A stretch of 63,179 nucleotides of DNA, from contig CATKZK010000004.1 of the NCBI GenBank assembly GCA_949841325.1, positions 1 to 63,179 on the forward strand, read 5' to 3'. The translations under genes and the position numbers were made by a program. A model generated the notes under the pieces. That model worked only from the letters and a program-made list of their open reading frames with translations, ran no database searches and was not told the DNA's origin. This DNA is from an uncultured Bacilli bacterium (GTDB lineage Bacteria; Bacillota_I; Bacilli_A; RF39; UBA660). Below, piece after piece: positions 49,537-59,918 of the stretch. Within the stretch, counting starts at the first letter, position 1. Every line of letters starts with the position of its first letter.

Positions 49537-51822
49537 ATGGCGAATGGTTATTTGACAGGTTGCGCTTTGGCGATTTGTATTCTAATTTGTATTGTATATT
49601 TTTTAAAAGAGCGAGTTGATAATAAAGAAACAAAATTATTTCAGTATATGATATTTTGTAATCTAGCAGAGAGTTTTTTTACGAATATGATTGTTTTAGT
49701 TGCTATGACAGTAAATTCAACTTTTCTATTTAAAATTTTGAATCGCCTAGATGTAATGGCTATTATTTCATGGTTAACTCTTATGTTTTTATATATTAGC
49801 AATGTTTATAATGGGAATGAATATGATAAAACGAAAAGATTTATAATGATAGTAGATTCTATTTTTTTCTTATTTACTTTAATTTTAGATGTGGAAATCA
49901 TTGCATCAAATGAAGTCTTAGATTCAAAAGGACCTCTGCCAAATTTTGCGTTACTCGTAGGAGGGTTTTTCATTGTTCTAATGCTTTTGCGAGTTTTTAC
50001 AAATAAGAAAAAAGATTTTTTTAATAAGAAATTAGTGCCTATGTATTTCCTTATTTTTTTCCTTATTGCTATGGTTTTCTTGCGACTTGCTTTACCAAGT
50101 GTAAATTTCGTATCAATCATTATCAGTTTTGTTAATTTAATCATGATCTTTACTATTGAAAATCCAGATATAAAAATGATAAATGCATTAAACGAAGCTA
50201 AACTTTCTGCGGAAAAAGCGAATAGGGCTAAGTCAGAATTTTTAAGTAATATGTCACATGAAATTAGGACACCTTTAAATGCAATTGTTGGGTTTTCAGA
50301 TTGTATATTAGATGAAGACACATTAGAAAGTGCTAAGGATGATGCTAAAGATATTAAACTTGCTTCTGAAAATTTGCTAGAAATAGTAAATGGAATTTTG
50401 GATATTTCCAAGATTGAGGCAGACAAGATGGAAATCGTTGAAACAAATTATCATCCAGTCGAAATTCTTGATAATGTAGCGAAACTTATAAAACCGAGAA
50501 TAGGGGAAAAGCCAATCGAATTAATCGTTAAGTATGCACCTGATATACCTTATACGATTTATGGAGATGGTGGAAAGTTAAGGCAAATCGTTACAAATAT
50601 TTTAACGAACGCTGTTAAATATACAGAACAGGGACATGTTGTTTTGTATGTGCATTGTGTTAATGAAGGGGATTTTTCTAAATTAATTATCTCTGTTGAA
50701 GATACGGGTAGAGGAATTAAAACAGAACAAATTGATAAGCTATTTACGAAGTTTCAAAGACTTGATGAAGATAAAAATACGACTTTAGAGGGAACGGGGT
50801 TAGGACTTGCTATCACAAAACGTTTTGTTGAGATGATGGGTGGAAAGATAGTGGTTCAAAGTAAATATGGTGAAGGATCTAAATTTACTGTTTATATAAG
50901 ACAAAAAATAGTGGCGATGAATAAACTTGAAGATGAAGAGATAAATGAATTCAATACGACACAGATTAAATTATACGATTTTTCTGCAGCACGTGTTTTG
51001 GTAGTTGATGATAATAAAGTAAATATTAAAGTAGCTTTAAAACTATTATCAAATTATGGTATTAAAGCAGACTCATGTGATAGTGGCTTTGAGGCTGTCT
51101 CAAAGGTTCAAACAGGTTCTAGCTATGATCTAATCCTACTGGATGATATGATGCCAAAAATGAGTGGGGTAGAAACGTTACAAAAGATTAGAGAAAGTGT
51201 AGTATATGATATTCCCGTTGTTGCTTTAACCGCGAATGCATTGTCTGGTATGCGAGAAAAATATTTAGCTGAGGGCTTTGACGATTATTTAGCTAAACCT
51301 ATTGAAAAAAACGAACTGTACCGTATTTTAATTACCTTCTTAAATAGAGAAACCAAGAAAAAGGAAGAAGTGATTGATACATCAGTCAATATAAATGAAG
51401 AAAAAGAGAATGTAGAAAACACTACTATAGTTCAAAAAACAGTAGATGATGAGAATAAGAAAAACATTCTAGTAGTTGATGATAACAAGATTAATATTAA
51501 AATCGCAAAAAAACTATTGAGTCATAATGAATGTTTAGTAGTTGATTCAGCCTTATCAGGCGCAGAAGCTATTGAAAAGGTAAAGAGTAAAAAATATGAT
51601 TTAATATTTATGGATATCATGATGCCTGAGATGGATGGAGTGGAGACTCTTCATAGATTAAGAAGATTGGGCTTTACCAATCCAATTGTAACTCTTACGG
51701 CAGATGCGGTTTCTGGTTCACGTGAAAAGTATTTAGCTGAAGGCTTTGATGAGTACATATCTAAACCAGTAAGTACTGAGGAAATCGATATTATAATAAA
51801 TAGATTTGTTATGAAGGATTAA
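49537..51822 (+). CDS. Hybrid sensor histidine kinase with 7 TM-like segments and two receiver domains
   Basis: [26 protein letters not shown]; two REC domains (LLDDMMP, FMDIMMP). Confidence 0.9.
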   Translation: MANGYLTGCALAICILICIVYFLKERVDNKETKLFQYMIFCNLAESFFTNMIVLVAMTVNSTFLFKILNRLDVMAIISWLTLMFLYISNVYNGNEYDKTKRFIMIVDSIFFLFTLILDVEIIASNEVLDSKGPLPNFALLVGGFFIVLMLLRVFTNKKKDFFNKKLVPMYFLIFFLIAMVFLRLALPSVNFVSIIISFVNLIMIFTIENPDIKMINALNEAKLSAEKANRAKSEFLSNMSHEIRTPLNAIVGFSDCILDEDTLESAKDDAKDIKLASENLLEIVNGILDISKIEADKMEIVETNYHPVEILDNVAKLIKPRIGEKPIELIVKYAPDIPYTIYGDGGKLRQIVTNILTNAVKYTEQGHVVLYVHCVNEGDFSKLIISVEDTGRGIKTEQIDKLFTKFQRLDEDKNTTLEGTGLGLAITKRFVEMMGGKIVVQSKYGEGSKFTVYIRQKIVAMNKLEDEEINEFNTTQIKLYDFSAARVLVVDDNKVNIKVALKLLSNYGIKADSCDSGFEAVSKVQTGSSYDLILLDDMMPKMSGVETLQKIRESVVYDIPVVALTANALSGMREKYLAEGFDDYLAKPIEKNELYRILITFLNRETKKKEEVIDTSVNINEEKENVENTTIVQKTVDDENKKNILVVDDNKINIKIAKKLLSHNECLVVDSALSGAEAIEKVKSKKYDLIFMDIMMPEMDGVETLHRLRRLGFTNPIVTLTADAVSGSREKYLAEGFDEYISKPVSTEEIDIIINRFVMKD

Positions 51823-51949
51823 GTAAAAACTTTGCTGACTATTTTGTGAGGATTGAAAGTCTTCTTTGATATACTTAACATAAATGAAAAAACAAAGCCA
51901 ATATGGTAGGGACTAGGTTCTCTGCTTTTTTTCTGGTAGAATATATATA

Positions 51950-51963
51950 TTACAAAATTGTAA
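51950..51963. promoter_or_regulatory. Bce-type operator (TTACA-AAAT-TGTAA)
   Basis: Same inverted repeat as 46330-46345; upstream of the ABC ATPase. Confidence 0.6.
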
Positions 51964-52035
51964 GATTGTGTAATATTAAACAGACGACTAAAAATAAAAT
52001 TGGCATTAAAATAGGGATTAGAAAGGAAAGATTAT

Positions 52036-52803
52036 ATGGAAAATATATTAAAAATTGAACGAATAGAAAAATACTATGGGAATCGTTCTAGTTTAACAAA
52101 AGCCTTAGATGGATTATCTTTTGACGTCGAGAAAGGTGAATTTGTCGCGATTATGGGAGCTAGTGGATCAGGTAAAACAACCTTACTGAACTGTATATCA
52201 ACGATTGACAAAGTAACATCAGGACATATTTATGTTGGTGGAGATGATATTACGAAACTTAAAGGGAACCATTTAAATCGCTTTAGAAGAGAAGAGTTAG
52301 GCTTTATATTTCAAGATTTTAATTTGCTTGATACCTTAACAGCTTATGAGAATATCGCGCTTGCGTTATCTATTCAAAATGAAAAAGCTAAAATAATAGA
52401 TGAAAAAATTAAGAAGGTTGCAAGAGAGTTGGATATTAAAGAAATTCTCCATAAATATCCTTATCAAATGAGTGGTGGACAAAAGCAAAGAGTCGCAAGT
52501 GCACGTGCGATTATTACAAATCCTAAGTTAATATTAGCCGATGAACCTACAGGAGCTCTAGATTCAAAATCGTCAAAAATGCTTTTAGAAAAAATGAACT
52601 ATTTAAATGATGCTTTAGAAGCTACTATCTTAATGGTTACACATGATGCCTTTACAGCTTCTTATGCCAACCGTGTTATCTTTATCAAAGATGGGAAGAT
52701 TTTTAATGAAATTTACAAAGGAGAAAATAGTAGAAAAGCATTCTTTGATCAAATTATTGATGTAGTTACAATGTTAGGTGGGGATTTAAATGATGCTCTT
52801 TAA
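52036..52803 (+). CDS. BceA-like ABC ATP-binding protein
   Basis: [30 protein letters not shown]. Confidence 0.92.
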   Translation: MENILKIERIEKYYGNRSSLTKALDGLSFDVEKGEFVAIMGASGSGKTTLLNCISTIDKVTSGHIYVGGDDITKLKGNHLNRFRREELGFIFQDFNLLDTLTAYENIALALSIQNEKAKIIDEKIKKVARELDIKEILHKYPYQMSGGQKQRVASARAIITNPKLILADEPTGALDSKSSKMLLEKMNYLNDALEATILMVTHDAFTASYANRVIFIKDGKIFNEIYKGENSRKAFFDQIIDVVTMLGGDLNDAL

Positions 52804-54844
52804 ATTGTCTTTGAAAAATATTCAAAAGAGTGTAAAAGACTATGCCATTTATTTCTTTACTTTAATTCTAGGGGTTGCCATCTTTTATATTTTTAATTCA
52901 ATTGAATCTCAAACAATTATGATGAATATTTCTAAGAATACATTAGATATTATTGAACTTATGAACAATATGCTATCAGGTGTAAGTGTATTTGTATCTT
53001 TTATTTTAGGTTTTTTAATTGTCTATGCAAGTCGTTTTTTAATTAAGCGAAGAAATAAAGAATTTGGCGTATATTTAACTCTTGGGATGAGTAAGAAAAA
53101 GATCTCTTTTATACTTCTTATAGAAACTCTTATGATTGGTATTATTTCACTAGTTATAGGACTTGGAATTGGTATTTTACTTTCACAATTGATGAGTGTA
53201 TTTGTTGCCAATATGTTTGAAGCCGATATAGAGGAATTTCAATTTGTTTTTTCACAAAGTGCCGCTATTAAAAGTTGTCTATATTTTAGCATTATGTATT
53301 TAATTGTCATGGTATTTAATACCTTTAGTATAAGTAAATGTAAACTAATTGATTTGTTGCATGGTAAGAAGAAGTCAGAAAAGATTAAAATAAAAAATCC
53401 TTTAGTTTGTATTCTTGTATTTTTAATTTCTAGTAGTTTTTTGGGATATGCATATTACTTAGTTACTGGAGGATTAGTGAAATTACAAAATGCGAATGAG
53501 ATTTATATTCCAATCGCGATAGGTTGCTTTACAACGTTTTTAATCTTTTGGTCTTTATCAGGACTCATATTAAAAATTGTCATGTCGTTTAAGAATATTT
53601 ATTATAGAGGACTTAATAGTTTTACTTTAAGACAAATTAGTTCTAAAGTGAATACGACAGTTTTTCAAATGACTATTATTTGTCTCATGTTATTTGTTAC
53701 AATATGTGTCTTATCTAGTGCATTGTCTATTAAAAATTCAATGACGGCAAATTTAAATACTTTAGCTCCAGCTGATATTCAACTTTTACAACCTATGAAT
53801 ATAAAAGAGGATAGAGCAGCTAAATATACAACGAGTCAAATTAGTCATTCTAATCTAACTTCTCTTGAAGTTTTAAATGCATTAGGAATTTCGTTAGAAC
53901 ATGATTTAAAAGATATTGTCTCAATTAACTATTATAGTACACCTGCCTTAACTTTTAGAGATACTTTTGGAACGACTTTAGAGCAGGTGCAAAAACAATT
54001 TCGTTTTCTATCTTTTGATACACAGGAAAATATTATTAAATTAAGCGATTACAATAAATTAGCTACTCTTTTTGAAAGAGAAACGTATACTTTGAATTCT
54101 AATGAGTATATGATTATAGGAGATTTTGATTCGATGACTTCTTTACGTAATATAGCCTTGGCTAGTGGTGAAAAAATCTCGATTTTTGGAGCAACTCTTT
54201 TTCCTAAGTACTCTGAATGTAAAGATGGCATTATTGAAATGTCTTCTGGTCATATTAATTCAGGGATGTTTATTGTACCTGATGAAATAGTAGATGAAAA
54301 TTTTCTTGTCGCAAACTTACTTACAGCAAACTATAAGGCAAATACAAAAGAAGAAAAAGTGAAAATAGAAAAACAGCTTTTAGATATAGAAGAAAGCAAT
54401 GTCTATATTTTGCCAGAGGGAACAACTAGGTTAACTATTGCTGAGGCTAGCCTAGGACTTGGAGGTTTAGTTACTTTTATTGGACTTTATTTGGGCATTA
54501 TCTTTTTAATTTCTAGTGCAGCTATTTTAGCTTTAAAAGAGTTATCTGAGTCAAGTGATAATAAAGAAAGATTCCGTATTTTAAGAAAAATTGGTGCTGA
54601 TGAAAGAAACATAAATCGCGCTTTGTTTTCTCAAATTGGTATTTTCTTCCTGTTCCCGTTATTGCTTGCTATCATTCATTCTATTTTTGGTATTCAGTTT
54701 TGCAATAGTATTTTAGAGACCTTTGGAAATGATAAATTATTACCTTCGATTGTGATGACGGCCCTTTTTATTATTTTGATTTATGGTGGCTATTTTCTTC
54801 TTACATATTATTGTAGTAAAAATATCATTAAGGAAAGAGTATGA
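52790..54844 (+). CDS. BceB-like FtsX-type ABC permease
   Basis: RRNKEFGVYLTLGM, large extracellular loop, RFRILRKIG; about 10 TM segments. Confidence 0.88.
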   Translation: MMLFKLSLKNIQKSVKDYAIYFFTLILGVAIFYIFNSIESQTIMMNISKNTLDIIELMNNMLSGVSVFVSFILGFLIVYASRFLIKRRNKEFGVYLTLGMSKKKISFILLIETLMIGIISLVIGLGIGILLSQLMSVFVANMFEADIEEFQFVFSQSAAIKSCLYFSIMYLIVMVFNTFSISKCKLIDLLHGKKKSEKIKIKNPLVCILVFLISSSFLGYAYYLVTGGLVKLQNANEIYIPIAIGCFTTFLIFWSLSGLILKIVMSFKNIYYRGLNSFTLRQISSKVNTTVFQMTIICLMLFVTICVLSSALSIKNSMTANLNTLAPADIQLLQPMNIKEDRAAKYTTSQISHSNLTSLEVLNALGISLEHDLKDIVSINYYSTPALTFRDTFGTTLEQVQKQFRFLSFDTQENIIKLSDYNKLATLFERETYTLNSNEYMIIGDFDSMTSLRNIALASGEKISIFGATLFPKYSECKDGIIEMSSGHINSGMFIVPDEIVDENFLVANLLTANYKANTKEEKVKIEKQLLDIEESNVYILPEGTTRLTIAEASLGLGGLVTFIGLYLGIIFLISSAAILALKELSESSDNKERFRILRKIGADERNINRALFSQIGIFFLFPLLLAIIHSIFGIQFCNSILETFGNDKLLPSIVMTALFIILIYGGYFLLTYYCSKNIIKERV

Positions 54845-55917
54845 GTTATTTTATAGCAATTAAATGGGCCATTCTTCTCTTTCCTTTTTTTGCTCTTTTC
54901 TTTACAATCCCTTTTCTTCTTTTAGAATTACATAAAAATGGATCTGTTTCATTACTTAAAGGAGTGATTGTTTATCTTTTTATCTTTTACTTATTATGTG
55001 CTTACTTGTTAGTTATTTTGCCTCTTCCTAAAATAAGTGAGGTAGCAAATCTAACTACTCCTCGAATGCAATTGATTCCTTTTGATTTTTTATTTGACTT
55101 TTTTAAACATACTTCTTTTTCCATTCATCATAAAGAAAATTATTTGCAAGCTATAAAAGAGAGTTATTTTTATGTTCCTTTATTTAATATTTTACTTACT
55201 ATCCCTTTTGGTATGTTTCTTCGATATTTCAAGAAAGCGAGTTTTAAGAAAGTTTTGCTCTATAGTTTTTTCTTAAGTTTATTTTTTGAACTCACTCAGT
55301 TATCAGGACTTTATTTTCTTTATCCGAGAGGATATCGATTATTTGATGTGGATGATTTAATTTTAAATACAATTGGAGGAGGAATTGGTTATTTTATTTG
55401 TAAGCCTTTCTTATCTCTTTTGCCTAGTGTAGAATCTTTAAATGAGGGAAGCCGAAAACGTGCTGAAAGGGTTAGTGGTTTTAGAAGAGGAATGTCGTTG
55501 TTTTTGGATTGCTTTTTATATCAAATTTTTCTTCTTGTCTTGAAAAGTCGTTCTCCTATTTCTTCATTGAGTATAGCTGCTTTGTACTTTCTTCTTGTTC
55601 CCTTATGTAATGAATTATCTACTTTGGGAATGCGATTTCTTCATCTTTCCATTGTTGATGAGCAAGGAAAGAAAAATGTGATGTGCTTTCTTTATAGAAA
55701 AGCGATAGGACTCTTTATTTATTTCATTCTGCCTCTGTTATGTTATTGTGGAATGAATACGTGGGGAAGTTCGTATGTAAAAGAAGTATATGGGACTTTG
55801 ATTATGGGATGCTTTTTCTTATTTCAATGTGTCTCATTTATGAAATATTGTTTTACAGGAAAACGGATGTGTTATGAAAAACTTAGTAAGACAAAAATAA
55901 TAAGTACAATAAAATAA
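54841..55917 (+). CDS. VanZ-family protein with an RDD-like C-terminus
   Basis: NILLTIPFG, FELTQL, FDVDDLILNTIGG. Confidence 0.8.
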   Translation: MSYFIAIKWAILLFPFFALFFTIPFLLLELHKNGSVSLLKGVIVYLFIFYLLCAYLLVILPLPKISEVANLTTPRMQLIPFDFLFDFFKHTSFSIHHKENYLQAIKESYFYVPLFNILLTIPFGMFLRYFKKASFKKVLLYSFFLSLFFELTQLSGLYFLYPRGYRLFDVDDLILNTIGGGIGYFICKPFLSLLPSVESLNEGSRKRAERVSGFRRGMSLFLDCFLYQIFLLVLKSRSPISSLSIAALYFLLVPLCNELSTLGMRFLHLSIVDEQGKKNVMCFLYRKAIGLFIYFILPLLCYCGMNTWGSSYVKEVYGTLIMGCFFLFQCVSFMKYCFTGKRMCYEKLSKTKIISTIK

Positions 55918-55950
55918 AACGGTTCATATCAGTATGAATCGTTTCTTTGT

Positions 55951-56955
55951 TTATTCGCTGTATTCACTTGTTATACCAAAGTAGTCTTCAATCGTTAACC
56001 AATTGCCATTGTTGTATAATTTTTCTGCAAGTTCTGTACCCACATATCGAAGATGCCATGGTTCATAGATATATCCTGTTTCCTCTGTTTTTCCTTTTGG
56101 ATATCTTATGATATATCCATATTTATGAGCGTTTTGATTGACCCATTTGCCTTCGCTTGTATTGGCAAAAGAAGAGTCAATAGTATTTAAATCAAAACAT
56201 AAGCCAGTTTGATGTTCAGAACTTCCTGGTCTTGCAGAATACGTATCTGCCTTTTCTTGTCCATTATTTGTTACATTGCGATTATAGATGTTTGATTGTG
56301 TTATATAAGATCTAAAACCACTCGAAATATAAATATTTAATCCTAGAGCTGCAGCATCTGCTTTCATGTCTTTAAATGCTTGATAAGCCGTATTTTCTAT
56401 ACAAGTTGGGCATTGTTTTGCCGCGTTTCCATCTGCTTTTGTATAGGTATTGTCTGGGACATAACTTTCAGGTAAAAAATAACTTTTATTGGCAATTAAA
56501 TAGCCATCTACAAAGGTTACTCCATTAATTTCATAAATTGAATATCCTTTAGAGGTCTTACCTTTATCTGTTTTTGTTCCACTAATCTCTTTTACTTTTT
56601 CATATGTTTTTTCATTTTTTACAACTTTTGAAGTTGTTGTCGTCGTTGATGACGAGGTAGTCGTTTTGGTGGCCTTTTCACTTTTATTTTCATCCATCTT
56701 ATCTTCATCCTCTTTCTCTTCACAAACTTTATTAAGGTAACAATTTAATGGTTTGACGTTTAAAAAGTTTTCTTTTACGACTTCTTTTATACCAAAGAGA
56801 ATTAAAAACATAATGAGTGCAATGATGAATGCACGTCCATAGTTTTTCTTTTTGCTTTTATATCGTGCAAAGAGAAATAAATAGCCAAGTGGAATAAGAA
56901 AACATAAGATAAAATAGCCTGTGGAAATTACAGTGACTAACATGTTATTTTGCAT
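55951..56955 (-). CDS. M15B-family Zn peptidase (VanY/LdcB-like carboxypeptidase)
   Basis: SGFRSY, SARPGSSEHQTGLCFD, YEPWHLRYVG; N-terminal TM segments, Thr/Ser linker. Confidence 0.88.
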   Translation of the reverse strand: MQNNMLVTVISTGYFILCFLIPLGYLFLFARYKSKKKNYGRAFIIALIMFLILFGIKEVVKENFLNVKPLNCYLNKVCEEKEDEDKMDENKSEKATKTTTSSSTTTTTSKVVKNEKTYEKVKEISGTKTDKGKTSKGYSIYEINGVTFVDGYLIANKSYFLPESYVPDNTYTKADGNAAKQCPTCIENTAYQAFKDMKADAAALGLNIYISSGFRSYITQSNIYNRNVTNNGQEKADTYSARPGSSEHQTGLCFDLNTIDSSFANTSEGKWVNQNAHKYGYIIRYPKGKTEETGYIYEPWHLRYVGTELAEKLYNNGNWLTIEDYFGITSEYSE

Positions 56956-57026
56956 GATTACTTCCTTTCTAATTCTTTCTATTAAAAACAGGAATGTTCA
57001 TGACGACACTCCCGAATTTACTATCC

Positions 57027-57800
57027 TTATTTATTTTTGATTGAATTTACAACGATGACGATGATACCAATTGCTTCAATAACGAGTGATAAAATCACTA
57101 GATTATTGGTAAGTGCATATGATAGATTTAAGGAACTCGTTAAGTAAGTTGTTAAAACTAATACAAATAAACCAACGATAATAATTAGTATTCCAATATC
57201 GATAAATTTATCACTTTTTGGTGTTTTTTCTTCTTTTACGACTTCATTTTTTTTCTTTTCTTCTTTTTTTGGTTCCTCTTTTACGACTTCCTTTACAACC
57301 TCTTTTGGTTCTTCTTTAATAGGAGGTACTACTGTTTTTGTTTTAGTAGGAGTTTTTGGTACTTCTACTTTTGCAGATGTTACGTTAGATGTTTCTTTTT
57401 TAGTCGCTTCTTTTTTTACCGTTTTAGGTGTTTCTGCTTTTTTTGTGGCAACTGTCTTTTTAGGAGCTTCCTTCTTTACTGGAGCTTTAGTAGTTGTTGC
57501 TTTTTTTTGTGTTTCCTTTTTAGTTGCTTCTTTTTTTTGTGTCTCTTTTTTTACAGGAGTTGCTGCAGTTTTTTTAGGAGTCGTTTTAGGAGCTGCCTTT
57601 GAAGTCTTCTTTGCACCTTCTTTTTTTACAGTCGTCTTTACCGTTTCTTTCTTTACAGGAGTTTCTTTTTTAGTCGTTGTTGTTTTCGTACTACTTGCTT
57701 TTTTAGGAGAAGCAGTTGTCGTTGCTTTTTTAGTTGTGTTTGTCTTTTTAGCAGTCGTTTTTGTATTTGTTCCTTTCTTTTTTTGATTAGTTTCTGCCAT
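57027..57800 (-). CDS. Lys/Thr-rich low-complexity (histone H1-like) protein with two C-terminal TM helices
   Basis: KKT/KKE/TPKK repeats, then KEE-rich linker and two hydrophobic helices. Confidence 0.7.
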   Translation of the reverse strand: MAETNQKKKGTNTKTTAKKTNTTKKATTTASPKKASSTKTTTTKKETPVKKETVKTTVKKEGAKKTSKAAPKTTPKKTAATPVKKETQKKEATKKETQKKATTTKAPVKKEAPKKTVATKKAETPKTVKKEATKKETSNVTSAKVEVPKTPTKTKTVVPPIKEEPKEVVKEVVKEEPKKEEKKKNEVVKEEKTPKSDKFIDIGILIIIVGLFVLVLTTYLTSSLNLSYALTNNLVILSLVIEAIGIIVIVVNSIKNK

Positions 57801-57903
57801 AATATTTTTCACCTCTATTACAATTATACAACAAATATGTCGATTTGGGACTAAAAAAGTATATTCATTTACAAAAACTCGAATATTTTATATAATAAGT
57901 AGG

Positions 57904-58569
57904 GTGATCATCGTGAAAAAAGTATTACTTTTGGTTCTATCTTTTTTGGTAGGAACATCTATAGTATGGGGTGAAAGTGTTACAGGAAATGATTCTGCTT
58001 CCTTTAATGGAAGAAGAAAGGCTGTCCTTGTAAAGTGTCAATCTAAGGGAACTGCATGGTTTAAAATGGATAATGAAATCATTCGTACCCATTTAATTGC
58101 AGTTGATTTAGAAGATGGTGATTTAAATAAGGAGATTGATGAATACATTTGTGCCAAGTTACAAAATGGTCATAACATAGAATTAGAAATTGATGTAGCT
58201 TCATTCAAGGCAGACTCTTACAATCGTCACTTTGCATGGATTTATATTGATGGGAATCTACTGCAAAATGATTTGGTCGCGAATGGATATGGTCAAGTAG
58301 GAAATTTAGATAAGTCTTATCTACCATTGTACTCTTTGTGTCAATCCCAAAAGGTAGCCATTAAAAATCATTTAGGTATTTGGAATTATGAAGGCATTAA
58401 AGAAAAATATTGTAAGAGTGGTATCCAAATCCAAAATACCGTAAAAAAAGAAGAGGAATCAAAAGAGACTACAAAAAAATATAACCGAGACCATTTAACA
58501 TATCTAGTGTTTTTAAATGCGGGAGTTACTCTTTTAGCAGTACTTATATTACAGAATAGGAGAATTTAG
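57904..58569 (+). CDS. Exported thermonuclease (SNase)-like protein
   Basis: DSYNRHFAWIYIDG…LVANGYG…AIKNHLGIW pattern; signal peptide; C-terminal TM. Confidence 0.65.
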   Translation: MIIVKKVLLLVLSFLVGTSIVWGESVTGNDSASFNGRRKAVLVKCQSKGTAWFKMDNEIIRTHLIAVDLEDGDLNKEIDEYICAKLQNGHNIELEIDVASFKADSYNRHFAWIYIDGNLLQNDLVANGYGQVGNLDKSYLPLYSLCQSQKVAIKNHLGIWNYEGIKEKYCKSGIQIQNTVKKEEESKETTKKYNRDHLTYLVFLNAGVTLLAVLILQNRRI

Positions 58570-59226
58570 ATGGTAAAAGAAAAACTTGACATCATATACG
58601 AAGATAAGGATTTTATTGTTGTAAATAAAAAAGCTCATTTACTTACTATAGCTACAAATGATGAAAAAATCGAGACCCTTTATCACAAAGTTTATGAATA
58701 TTTAAAACGAAAGAATAAGCACAACTATGTATTTATTGTTCATCGATTGGATAAAGATACGTCAGGACTTGTTCTTTTTGCCAAACATCCAGACTTAAAA
58801 AAAGCTTTACAGGATGATTGGCAGAAAACAAAACGGGAATATATCGCTGTTGTTGAAGGATATGTAGAAACAATGCGTGGAACAATTAAAGAATATTTAA
58901 AAGAGACAAGTACACTGCTTACATATGCAACAAAGGATAAAAGTGGAAAACTTGCCGTTACACATTATGAAGTCTTATATAGAAGTAAGAGTCATTCTGT
59001 ATTGAAAATTAATATTGAAACAGGGAGAAAAAATCAAATCCGTGTGGCAATGCAAAATATGGGACATCCCATTATAGGCGATAAAAAATATGGGGCAACA
59101 AAAAATCCACTTCGGAGAGTTTGTCTTCATGCCTCTCTTTTAGAAGTCGTTCATCCATTTAGAAAAGAAGTGATGCGTTTTGAGTCAAAAATGCCAAAAG
59201 AATTTGAAATTTTTATCAGAAATTAG
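58570..59226 (+). CDS. RluA-family pseudouridine synthase
   Basis: VVNK, VHRLDKDTSG, TGRKNQIRV, GDKKYG, LHA. Confidence 0.92.
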   Translation: MVKEKLDIIYEDKDFIVVNKKAHLLTIATNDEKIETLYHKVYEYLKRKNKHNYVFIVHRLDKDTSGLVLFAKHPDLKKALQDDWQKTKREYIAVVEGYVETMRGTIKEYLKETSTLLTYATKDKSGKLAVTHYEVLYRSKSHSVLKINIETGRKNQIRVAMQNMGHPIIGDKKYGATKNPLRRVCLHASLLEVVHPFRKEVMRFESKMPKEFEIFIRN

Positions 59227-59238
59227 GGAGTGTTATTT

Positions 59239-59853
59239 ATGGCAAAAGTGACAGAAGAAATAAAGGAAGCGTATAACAAAATTGCTGATCAATATTCACG
59301 TGAATTATGGGATGATATGCCATACAACGAGTATCTAGATCAATTTGCCTCTTTAATAAAAGGGAATAAAGTGCTAGATCTTGGATGTACGATGGGAAGT
59401 TTTACAAAGTATATAAGTGATATGGGGTTTTCAGTAGATGGAATCGATATTTCAGAAAACTTTATTGCAATAGCTAAGCAGAAAGTAAAGACCTGTCATT
59501 TTTATGTCATGGATATGTTAAAGATGAATCTTAACAAAAAATATAATGGGATTATGTGTATTAATTCGAGTATTCACATTGAAAAGAAAAATATGCTTTT
59601 TTTATTTAAAGAGATTAAATCAATGCTTGAAGAAGATGGTGTTGTTTTGATTATTTTGCAAGAAGGAGAGGGAGAAAAATACATCAAAGAGCCTTTTGAT
59701 GAAACTGTTGAGGAATTTGTCAGTTTTTATACACCAGAGGAAATTGAAGAAGTATTTCATTCAGCTGGCTTTACTATTTTAAAAAAATATAAAATAAAAG
59801 ATGATGCAGAATTTGAATTAGGAAATGATCAACTCGCCTATATTTTGAAATAA
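59239..59853 (+). CDS. Class I SAM-dependent methyltransferase
   Basis: VLDLGC, VDGIDIS. Confidence 0.8.
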   Translation: MAKVTEEIKEAYNKIADQYSRELWDDMPYNEYLDQFASLIKGNKVLDLGCTMGSFTKYISDMGFSVDGIDISENFIAIAKQKVKTCHFYVMDMLKMNLNKKYNGIMCINSSIHIEKKNMLFLFKEIKSMLEEDGVVLIILQEGEGEKYIKEPFDETVEEFVSFYTPEEIEEVFHSAGFTILKKYKIKDDAEFELGNDQLAYILK

Positions 59854-59918
59854 TTCTGCTTTTTTATTTTCTTACAGTATGCTATGATAGATGGAAAGAC
59901 AGTTGAAAGGAAGACAAC

